Of a stretch of 64,000 nt of DNA, positions 26,801 to 38,800 are shown one piece after another. The translations under genes and the position numbers were made by a program. This DNA is from the human T2T-CHM13v2.0 reference genome, Homo sapiens. The first letter of the stretch is position 1; each line of letters opens with the position of its first letter. The DNA is taken from assembly GCF_009914755.1 (NCBI RefSeq), contig NC_060943.1. One strand, written 5' to 3'. The notes under the pieces are model-generated. The model saw only the letters and a program-made list of their open reading frames with translations, was not told the DNA's origin and made no database searches.

Positions 26801-29800
26801 TTGGGTTGTGTGCGTTCAACTCACAGAGTTTAAACTTTCTTTTCATAGAGCAGGTAGAAAACACTCTGTTTGTAAAGTCTGCAGGTGGATATTCAGACAT
26901 CATTGAGGCTTTCTTTGGAAAAGGGATTTATTCATATTCTGCTAGACAGAAGAATTCTCAGAAACTTCCTTGTGTTGTGTGTATTCAACTCACAGAGTTG
27001 AACGATCCTTTACTCAGAGCAGACTTGAAACACTCCTTTTGTGGAATTTGCAAGTGGAGATTTCAGCCGCTTTGAGGTCAATGGTAGAATAGGAAATATC
27101 TTCCTATAGAAACTAGACAGAATGATTCTCAGAAACTCCTTTGTGATGTGTGCGTTCAACTCACAGAGTTTAACCTTTCTTTTCATAGAGCAGTTAGGAA
27201 ACAGTCTGTTTGTAAAGTCTCCAAGTGTATATTCAGACATCTTTGAGGCTTTCGTTGGAAACGGGATTTCTTCATATTCTGCTAAACAGAAGAATTCTCA
27301 GAAACTTCCTTGTGTTGTGTTTTTTCAACTCACAGAGTTCAACGATCCTTTACACAGAGTAGACTTGAAACACTGTTTTTGTGGAATTGGCAAGTGGAGA
27401 TTTCATCGGCTTTGAGGTCAATGGTAGAAAAGGAAATATCTTCGTATAAAAACTAGACAGAGTGATTCTCAGAAACTCCTTTGTGATGTCTGCGTTCAAC
27501 TGACAGAGTTTAACCTTTCTTTTCATAGAGCAGTTAGGAAACACTCTGTTTGTAAAGTCTGCAAGTGGATATTCAGACCTCCTTAAGGCCTTCGTTGGAA
27601 ACTGGATTTATTCATATTCTGCTATACAGAAGAATTCTCAGAAACTTCCTTGTGTTGTGTGTATTCAACTCACAGAGTTGAACGATCCTTTACACAGAGC
27701 AGACTTGAAACACTCTTTTTGTGGAATTGGCAAGTGGAGATTTCAGCCGCTTTGAGGTCAATGGTAGAATAGGAAATATCTTCCTATAGAAACTAGACAG
27801 AATGATTCTCAGAAACTCCTTTGTGATGTGTGCGTTCAACTCACAGAGTTTAACCTTTCTTTTCATAGAGCAGTTAGGAAACACTCTGTTTGTAAAGTCT
27901 GCAAGTGGATATTCAGACCTCCTTGAGGCCTTCGTTGGAAACGGGATTTCTTCATATTATGCTAGACAGAAGAATTCTCAGTAACTTCCTTGTGTTGTGT
28001 GTATTTAACTCACAGAGTTGTACGATCCTTTACACAGAGCAGACTTGAAACAGTCTTTTTGTGGAATTTGGAAGTGGAGAATTCAGCCGCTTTGAGGTCA
28101 ATGTAGAATAGGAAATATCTTCCTATAGAAACTAGACAGAATGATTGTCAGAAACTCCTTTGTGCTGTGTGCGTTCAACTCACAGAGTTTAACCTTTCTT
28201 TTCATAGAGCAGTTAGGAAACACTCTGTTTGTAAAGTCTGCAAGTGGATATTCAGACCTCCTTGAGGCCTTCGTTGGAAACGGGATTTCTTCATATTATG
28301 CTAGACAGAAGAATTCTCAGTAACTTCCTTGTGTTGTGTGTATTCAACTCACAGAGTTGAACGATCCTTTACACAGAGCAGACTTGAAACACTCTTTTTG
28401 TGGAATTTGCAAGTGGAGATTTCAGCCGCTTTGAGGTCAATGGTAGAATAGGAAATATCTTCCTATAGAAACTAGACAGAATGATTCTCAGAAACTCCTT
28501 TGTGATGTGTGCGTTGAACTCACAGAGTTTAACCTTTTTTTTCATAGAGCAGTTAGGAAACACTCTGTTTGTAAAGTCTGCAAGTGGATATTCAGACCTC
28601 CTTGAGACCTTCGTTGGAAACGGGATTTCTTCATATTATGCTAGACAGAAGAATTCTCAGTAACTTCCTTGTATTGTGAGTATTCAACTCACAGAGTTGA
28701 ACGATCCTTTACACAGAGCAGACTTGAAACACTCTTTTTGTGGAATTTGCAAGTGGAGATTTCAGCCGCTTTGAGGTCAATGGTAGAATAGGAAATATCT
28801 TCCTATAGAAACTAGACAGAATGATTCTCAGAAACTCCTTTGTGATGTGTGCATTCAACTCACAGAGTTTAACCTTTCTTTTCATAGAGCAGTTAGGAAA
28901 CACTCTGTTTGTAAAGTCTGCAAGTGGATATTCAGACTTCTTTGAGGCTTTCGTTGGAAATGGGATTTCTTCATATTCTGCTATAGAGAAGAATTCTCAG
29001 AAACTTCCTTGTGTTGTGTGTTTTCAACTCACAGAGTTGAACGATGCTTTACACAGAGTAGACTTGAAACACTCTTTTTGTGGAATTTGCAAGTGGAGAT
29101 TTCAGCCGCTTTGAGGTCAATGGTAGAAAAGGAAATATCTTTGTATAAAAACTAGACAGAATGATTCTCAGAAACTCCTTTGTGATGTGTGCGTTCAACT
29201 CACAGAGTTTAACCTTTCTTTTCATAGAGCAGTTAGGAAACACTCTGTTTGTAAAGTCTGCAAGTGGATATTCAGACCTCTTTGAGGCCTTCGTTGGAAA
29301 CGGGATTTCTTCATATTCTGCTAGAGAGAAGAATTCTCAGTAACTTCCTTGTGTTGTGTGTATTCAACTCACAGAGTTCAACGATCATTTACACAGAGCA
29401 GACTTGAAACACTCTTTTTGTGGAATTTGCAAGGGGAGATTTCAGCCGCTTTGAGGTCAATGGTAGAAAAGGAAATATCTTCGTATAAAAACTAGACAGA
29501 ATGATTCTCAGAAACTCCTTTGTGATGTGTGCGTTCAACTCACAGAGTTTAACCTTTCTTTTCATAGAGCAGTTAGGAAACACTCTGTTTGTAAAGTCTG
29601 CAAGTGGATATTCAGACCTCCTTGAGGCCTTCGTTGGAAACGGGATTTCTTCATATTATGCTAGACAGAAGAATTCTCAGTAACTACCTTGTGTTGTGTG
29701 TATTCAACTCACAGAGTTGAACGATCCTTTACACAGAGCAGACTTGAAACACTGTTCTTGTGGAATTTGCAAATGGAGATTTCAGCCGCTTTGAGGTCAA

Positions 29801-32800
29801 CTGTAGAATAGGAAATATCTTCTTATAGAAACTAGACAGAATGATTCTCAGAAACTCCTTTGTGATGTGTGCGTTCAACTCACAGAGTTTAACCTTTCTT
29901 TTCATAGAGCAGTTAGGAAACACTCTGTTTGTAAAGTCTGCAAGTGGATATTCAGACATCTTTGAGGCATTCGTTGGAAACGGGATTTCTTCGTATTCTG
30001 CTATACAGAAGAATTCTCAGAAACTTCCTTGTGTTGTGTGTTTTCAACTCACAGAGTTGAACGATGCTTTACACAGAGTAGACTTGTAACACTCTTTTTG
30101 TGGAATTTGCAAGTGGAGATTTCAGCCGCTTTGAGGTCAATGGTAGAAAAGGAAATATCTTCGTATAAAAACTAGACAGAATGATTCTCAGAAACTCCTT
30201 TGTGATGTGTGCGTTCAACTCACAGAGTTTAACCTTTCTTTTCATAGAGCAGTTAGGAAACACTCTGTTTGTAAAGTCTGCAAGTGGATATTCAGACCTC
30301 TTTGAGGCCTTCTTTGGAAACGGGATTTCTTCATATTCTGCTAGAGAGAAGAATTCTCAGTAACTTACTTGTGTTGTGTGTATTCAACTCACAGAGTTCA
30401 ACGATCCTTTACACAGAGCAGACTTGAAACACTCTTTTTGTGGAATTTGCAAGTGGAGATTTCAGCCGCTTTGAGGTCAATGGTAGAAAAGGAAATATCT
30501 TCGTATAAAAACTAGACAGAATGATTCTCAGAAACTCCTTTGTGATGTGTGCGTTCAACTCACAGAGTTTAACCTTTCTTTTCATAGAGCAGTTAGGAAA
30601 CACTCTGTTTGTAAAGTCTGCAATTGGATATTCAGACCTCCTTGATGCCTTCGTTGGAAAAGGGATTTCTTCATATTATGCTAGACAGAAAAATTCTCAG
30701 TAACTTCCTTGTGTTGTGTGTATTCAACTCACAGAGTTGAACGATCCTTTACACAGAGCATACTTGAAACACTCTTCTTGTGGAATCTGCAAGTGGAGAT
30801 TTCAGCCGCTTTGAGGTCAATGGTAGAATAGGAAATATCTTCCTATAGAAACTAGACAGAATGATTCTCAGAAACTCCTTTGTGATGTGTGCGTTCAACT
30901 CACAGAGTTTAACATTTCTTTTCATAGATCAGTTAGGAAACACTCTGTTTGTAAAGTCTGCATGAGGATATTCAGACCTCCTTGAGGCCTTCTTTGGAAA
31001 CGGGATTTCTTCATATTATGCTAGACAGAAGAATTCTCAGTAACTTCCTTGTGTTGTGTGTATTCAACTCACAGAGTTGAACGATCCTTTACACAGAGCA
31101 GACTTGAAACACTCTTTTTGTGGAATTTGCAAGTGGAGATTTCAGCCGCTTTGAGGTCAATGGTAGAATAGGAAGTATCTTCCTATAGAAACTAGACAGA
31201 ATGATTCTCAGAAACTCCTTTGTGATGTGTGCGCTCAACTCACAGAGTTTAACCTTACTTTTCATAGAGCAGTTAGGAAACACTCTGTTTGTAAAGTGTG
31301 CAAGTGGATATTCAGACCTCCTTGAGGCCTTCGATGGAAACGGGATTTCTTCATATTATGCTAGACAGAAGAATTCTCAGTAACTTCCTTGTATTGCGTG
31401 TATTCAACTCACAGAGTTGAACGATCCTTTACACAGAGCATACTTGAAACACTCTTCTTGTGGAATTTGCAAGTGGAGATTTCAGCCGCTTTGAGGTCAA
31501 CTGTAGAATATGAAATATCTTCCTATAGAAACTAGACAGAATGATTCTCAGAAACTCCTTTGTGATGTGTGCGTTCAACTCACAGAGTTTAACCTTTCTT
31601 TTCATACAGCAGTTAGGAAACACTCTGTTTGTAAAGTCTGCAAGTGGATATTCCGACCTCCTTGTGGCCTTCGTTGGAAACGGGATTTCTTCATATTATG
31701 CTAGACAGAAGAATTCTCAGTAACTTCCTTGTGTTGTGTGTATTCAACTCACAGAGTTGAACGATCCTTTACACAGAGCAGACTTGAAACACTCTTTTTG
31801 TGGAATTTGCAAGTGGAGATTTCAGCCGCTTTGAGGTCAATGGTAGAATAGGAAATAGCTTCCAATAGAAACTAGACAGAATGATTCTCAGAAACTCCTT
31901 TGTGATGTGTGCGTTCAACTCACAGAGTTTAACCTTTCTTTTCATAGAGCAGTTAGGAAACACTCTGTTTGTGAAGTCTGTAAGTGGATATTAAGACGTC
32001 TTTGAGGCTTTCGTTGGAAACGGGATTTCTTCATATTCTGCTAGACAGAAGAATTCTCAGAAACTTCCTTGTGTTGTGTGTATTCAACTCACAGAGTTGA
32101 ACGATCCTTTACTCAGAGCAGACTTGAAACACTCCTTTTGTGGAATTTGCAAGTGGAGATTTCAGCCGCTTTGAGGTCAATGGTAGAATAGGAAATATCT
32201 TCCTATAGAAACTAGACAGAATGATTCTCAGAAACTCCTTTGTGATGTGTGCGTTCAACTCACAGAGTTTAACCTTTCTTTTCATAGAGCAGTTAGGAAA
32301 CATTCTGTTTGTAAAGTCTGCAAGTGGATATTCAGACATCTTTGAGGCTTTCGTTGGAAACGGGATTTCTTCATATTCTGCTATACAGAAGAATTCTCAG
32401 AAACTTCCTTGTGTTGTGTGTCTTCAACTCACAGAGTTGAACGATGCTTTACACAGAGTAGACTTGAAACACTCTTTTTGTGGAATTTGCAAGTGGAGAT
32501 TTCAGGCGCTTTGAGATCAATGGTAGAAAAGGAAATATCTTCGTATAAAAACTAGACAGAATGATTCTCAGAAACTCCTTTGTGATGTGTGCGTTCAACT
32601 CACAGAGTTTAACCTTTCTTTTCATAGAGCAGTTAGGAAACACTCTGTTTGTAAAGTCTGCAAGTGGATATTCAGACCTCTTTGAGGCCTTCGTTGGAAA
32701 CGGGATTTCTTCATATTCTGCTAGAGAGAAGAATTCTCAGTAACTTCCTTCTGTTGTGTGTATTCAACTCACAGAGTTCAACGATCCTTTACACAGAGCA

Positions 32801-32889
32801 GACTTGAAACACTCTTTTTGTGGAATTTGCAAGTGGAGATTTCAGCCGCTTTGAGGTCAATGGTAGAATAGGAAATAGCTTCCAATAGA

Positions 32890-35800
32890 AACTAGACAGA
32901 ATGATTCTCAGAAACTCCTTTGTGATGTGTGCGTTCAACTCACAGAGTTTAACCTTTCTTTTCATAGAGCAGTTAGGAAACACTCTGTTTGTGAAGTCTG
33001 TAAGTGGATATTCAGACCTCCTTGAGGCCTTCGTTGGAAACGGGATTTCTTCATATTATGCTAGACAGAAGAATTCTCAGTAACTTCCTTGTATTGTGAG
33101 TATTCAACTCACAGAGTGAAACGATCCTTTACACAGAGCAGACTTGAAACACACTTTTTGTGGAATTTGCAAGTGGAGAATTCAGCCGCTTTGAGGTCAA
33201 TGGTAGAATAGTAAATATCTTCCTATAGAAAATTGACAGAATGATTGTCAGAAACTCCTTGGTGCTGTGTGCGTTCAACTCACAGAGTTTAAACTTTCTT
33301 TTCATAGAGCAGTTAGGAAACACTCTGTTTGTAAAGTCTGCAGGTGGATTTTCAGACATCATTGAGGCTTTCGTTGGAAACGGGATTTCTTCATATTCTG
33401 CTAGACAGAAGAATTCTCAGAAACTTCCTTGTGTTGTGTGCTTTCAACTCACAGTGTTGAACGATCCTTTACACAGAGCAGACTTGAAACACTCTTTTTG
33501 TGGGATTTGCAAGTGGAGATTTCAGCCGCTTTGAGGTCTATGGTAGAAAAGGAAATATCTTCGTATAAAAACTAGACAGAATGATTCTCAGAAACTCCTT
33601 TGTGATGTGTGCGTTCAACTCACAGAGTTTAACCTTTCTGTTCATAGAGCAGTTGGGAAACACTCTGTTTGTAGAAGTCTGCAAGTGGATATTCAGACCT
33701 CTTTGAGGCCTTTGTTGGAAACGGGATTTCTTCATATTCTGCTAGACAGAAGAATTCTCAGTAACTTCCTTGTGTTGTGTGTATTCAACTCACAGAGTTG
33801 AATGATCCTTTACACAGAACAGACTTGAAACACTCTTTTTGTGGAATTTGCAAGTGGAGACTTCAGCCGCTTTGAGGTCAATGGTAGAATAGGAAATATC
33901 TTCCTATAGAAACTAGACAGAATGATTCTCAGAAACTCCTTTGTGATGTGTGCATTCAACTCACAGAGTTTAACCTTTCTTTTCATAGAGCAGTTAGGAA
34001 ACACTCTGTTTGTAAAGTCTGCAAGTGGATATTCAGACCTCCTTGAGGCCTTCGTTGGAAACGGGAATTCTTCATATTATGCTAGACAGAAGAATTCTCA
34101 GTAACTTCCTTGTATTGTGTGTATTCAACTCACAGAGTTGAACGATCCTTTACACAGAGCAGGCTTGAAACACTCTCTTTGTGGAATTTGCAAGTGGAGA
34201 TTTCAGCCGCTTTGAGGTCAATGGTAGAATAGGAAATATCTTCCTATAGAAACAAGACAGAATGATTCTCAGAAACTCCTTTGTGATGTGTGCGTTCAAC
34301 TCACAGAGTTTAACCTTTCTTTTCATAGAGCAGTTAGGAAACACTCTGTTTGTAATGTCTGCAAGTGGATATTCAGACATCTTTGAGGCTTTCGTTGGAA
34401 ACGGGATTTCTTCATATTCTGCTATACAGAAGAATTCTCAGAAACTTCCTTGTGTTGTGTGTCTTCAACTCACAGAGTTGAACGATGCTTTACACAGAGT
34501 AGACTTGAAACACTCTTTTTGTGGAATTTGCAAGTGGAGATTTCAGGCGCTTTGAGGTCAATGGTAGAAAAGGAAATATCTTCGTATAAAAACTAGACAG
34601 AATGATTCTCAGAAACTCCTTTGAGATGTGTGCGTTCAACTCACAGAGTTTAACCTTTCTTTTCATAGAGCAGTTAGGAAACACTCTGTTTGTAAAGTCT
34701 GGAAGTGGATATTCAGACCTCTTTGAGGCCTTCGTTGGAAACGGGATTTCTTCATATTCTGCTAGAGAGAAGAATTCTCAGTAACTTCCTTGTGTTGTGT
34801 GTTTTCAAGTCACAGAGTTCAACGATCCTTTACACAGAGCAGACTTGAAACACTCTTTTTGTGGAATTTGCAAGTGGAGATTTCAGCCGCTTTGAGGTCA
34901 ATGGTAGAAAAGGAAATATCTTCGTATAAAAACTAGACAGAATGATTCTCAGAAACTCCTTTGTGATGTGTGCGTTCAACTCACAGAGTTTAACCTTTCT
35001 TTTCATAGAGCAGTTGGGAAACACTCTGTTTGTAAAGTCTACAAGTGGATATTCAGACCTCTTTGAGGCCTTCGTTGGAAACGGGATTTCTTCATATTCT
35101 GCTAGAGAGAAGAATTCTCAGTAACTTCCTTGTGTTGTGTGTATTCAACTCACAGAGTTGAATGATCCTTTACACAGAACAGACTTGAAACACTCTTTTT
35201 GTGGAATTTGCAAGTGGAGATTTCAGCCGCTTTGAGGTCAATGGTAGAAAAGGAAATATCTTCGTATAAAAACTAGACAGAATGATTCTCAGAAACTCCT
35301 TTGTGATGTGTGCGTTCAACTCACAGAGTTTAACCTTTCTTTTCATAGAGCAGTTAGGAAACACTCTGTTTGTAAAGTCTGGAAGTGGATATTCAGACCT
35401 CTTTGAGGCCTTCGTTGGAAACGGGATTTCTTCATATTCTGCTAGAGAGAAGAATTCTCAGTAACTTCCTTGTGTTGTGTGTATTCAACTCACAGAGTTC
35501 AACGATCCTTTACACAGAGCAGACTTGAAACACTCTTTTTGTGGAATTTGCAAGTGGAGATTTCAGCCGCTTTGAGGTCAATGGTAGAATAGGAAATATC
35601 TTCCTATAGAAACTAGACAGAATGATTGTCAGAAACTCCTTTGTGATGTGTGCGTTCAACTCACAGACTTTAACCTTTCTTTTCATAGAGCAGTTAGGAA
35701 ACACTCTGTTTGTAAAGTCTGCAAGTGGATATTCAGACCTCCTTGAGGCCTTCGTTGGAAACGGGATTTCTTCATATTATGCTAGACAGAAGAATTCTCA

Positions 35801-38800
35801 GTAACTTCCTTGTATTGTGTGTATTCAACTCACTGAGTTGAACGATCCTTTACACAGAGCAGACTTGAAACACTCTTCTTGTGGAATTTGCAAGTGGAGA
35901 TTTCAGCCGCTTTGAGGTCAATGGTAGAATAGGAAATATCTTCCTATAGAAACTAGACAGAATGATTCTCAGAAACTCCTTTGTGATGTGTGCGTTCAAC
36001 TCACAGAGTTTAACCTTTCTTTTCATAGAGCAGTTAGGAAACACTCTGTTTGTAATGTCTGCCAGTGGATATTCAGACATCTTTGAGGCTTTCGTTGGAA
36101 ACGGGTTTTCTTCATATTCTGCTATACAGAAGAATTCTCAGAAACTTCCTTGTGTTGTGTGTATTCAACTCACAGAGTTGAACGATGCTTTACACAAAGT
36201 AGACTTGAAACACTCTTTTTGTGGAATTTGCAAGTGGAGATTTCAGGCGATTTGAGGTCAATGGTAGAAAAGGAAATATCTTCGTATAAAAATTAGACAG
36301 AATGATTCTCAGAAACTCCTTTCTGATGTGTGCATTCAACTCACAGAGTTTAACCTTTCTTTTCATAGAGCAGTTAGGAAACACTCTGTTTGTAAAGTCT
36401 GCAAGTGGATATTCAGACCTCTTTGAGGCCTTCGTTGGAAACGGGATTTCTTCATATTCTGCTAGAGAGAAGAATTCTCAGTAACTTCCTTGTGTTGTGT
36501 GTATTCAACTCACAAAGTTCAGCGATCCTTTACACAGAGCAGACTTGAAACACTCTTTTTGTGGAATTTGCAAGTGGAGATTTCAGCCGCTTTGAGGTCA
36601 ATGGTAGAATAGGAAATATCTTCCTATAGAAACTAGACAGAATGATTCTCAGAAACTCCTTTGTGATGTGTGCGTTCAACTCACAGAGTTTAACCTTTCT
36701 TTTCATAGAGCAGTTAGGAAACACTCTGTTTGTAAAGTCTGCAAGTGGATATTCAGACCTCCTTGAGGCCTTCGTTGGAAACGGGATTTCTTCATATTAT
36801 GCTAGACTGAAGAATTCTCAGTAACTTCCTTGTGTTGTGTGTATTCAACTAACAGAGTTGAACGATCCTTTACACAGAGCAGACTTGAAACAGTCTTTTT
36901 GTGGAATTTGGAAGTGGAGAATTCACCCGCTTTGAGGTCAACTGTAGAATAGGAAATATCTTCCTGTAGAAAATTGACAGAATGATTGTCAGAAACTCCT
37001 TGGTGCTGTGTGCGTTCAACTCACACAGTTTAACCTTTCTTTTCATAGAGCAGTTAGGAAACACTCTGTTTTTAAAGTCTGCATTTGGATATTCAGACAT
37101 CATTGAGGCTTTCGTTGGAAACGGGATTTCTTCATATTCTGCTAGACAGAAGAATTCTCAGAAACTTCCTTGTGTTGTGTGTTTTCAAGTCACAGAGTTG
37201 AACGATCCTTTACACAGAGCAGACTTGAAACACTCTTTTTGTGGAATTTGCCAGTGGAGATTTCAGCCGCTTTGAGGTCAATGGTAGAAAAGGAAATATC
37301 TTCGTATAAAAAGTAGACAGAATGATTCTCAGAAACTCCTTTGTGATGTGTGCGTTCAACTCACAGAGTTTAACCTTTCTTTTCATAGAGCAGTTGGGAA
37401 ACACTCTGTTTGTAAAGTCTGCAAGTGGATATTCAGACCTCTTTGAGGCCTTCGTTGGAAACGGGATTTCTTCATATTCTGCTAGACAGAAGAATTCTCA
37501 GTAACTTCCTTGTGTTGTGTGTATTCAACTCACAGAGTTCAACGATCCTTTACACAGAGCAGACTTGAAACACTCTTTTTGTGGAATTTGCAAGTGGAGA
37601 TTTCAGCCGCTTTGAGGTCAATGGTAGAATAGGAAATATCTTCCTATAGAAACTAGACAGAATGATTGTCAGAAACTCCTTTGTGATGTGTGCGTTCAAC
37701 TCACAGACTTTAACCTTTCTTTTCATAGAGCAGTTAGGAAACACTCCGTTTGTAAAGTCTGCAAGTGGATATTCAGACCTCCTTGAGGCCTTCGTTGGAA
37801 ACGGGATTTCTTCATATTATGCTAGACAGAAGAATTCTCAGTAACTTCCTTGTATTGTGTGTATTCAACTCACAGAGTTGAACGATCCTTTACACAGAGC
37901 AGACTTGAAACACTCTTCTTGTGGAATTTGCAAGTGGAGATTTCAGCCGCTTTGAGGTCAATGGTAGAATAGGAAATATCTTCCTATAGAAACTAGACAG
38001 AATGATTCTCAGAAACTCCTTTGTGATGTGTGCGTTCAACTCACAGAGTTTAACCTTTCTTTTCATAGAGCAGTTAGGAAACACTCTGTTTGTAATGTCT
38101 GCCAGTGGATATTCAGACATCTTTGAGGCTTTCGTTGGAAACGGGTTTTCTTCATATTCTGCTATACAGAAGAATTCTCAGAAACTTCCTTGTGTTGTGT
38201 GTATTCAACTCACAGAGTTGAACGATGCTTTACACAGAGTAGACTTGAAACACTCTTTTTGTGGAATTTGCAAGTGGAGATTTCAGGCGTTTTGAGGTCA
38301 ATGGTAGAAAAGGAAATATCTTCGTATAAAAATTAGACAGAATGATTCTCAGAAACTCCTTTGTGATGTGTGCATTCAACTCACAGAGTTTAACCTTTCT
38401 TTTCATAGAGCAGTTAGGAAACACTCTGTTTGTAAAGTCTGCAAGTGGATATTCAGACCTCTTTGAGGCCTTCGTTGGAAACGGGATTTCTTCATATTCT
38501 GCTAGACAGAAGAATTCTCAGTAACTTCCTTGTGTTGTGTGTATTCAACTCACAGAGTTGAACGATCCTTTACACAGAGCAGATTTGAAACACTCTTTTT
38601 GTGGAATTTGCAAGTGGAGATTTCAGCCGCTTTGAGGTCAATGGTAGAATAGGAAATATCTTCCTATAGAAACTAGACAGAATGATTCTCAGAAACTCCT
38701 TTGTGATGTGTGCGTTCAACTCACAGAGTTTAACCTTTCTTTTCATAGAGCAGTTAGGAAACACTCTGTTTGTAAAGTCTGCAAGTGGATATTCAGACCT

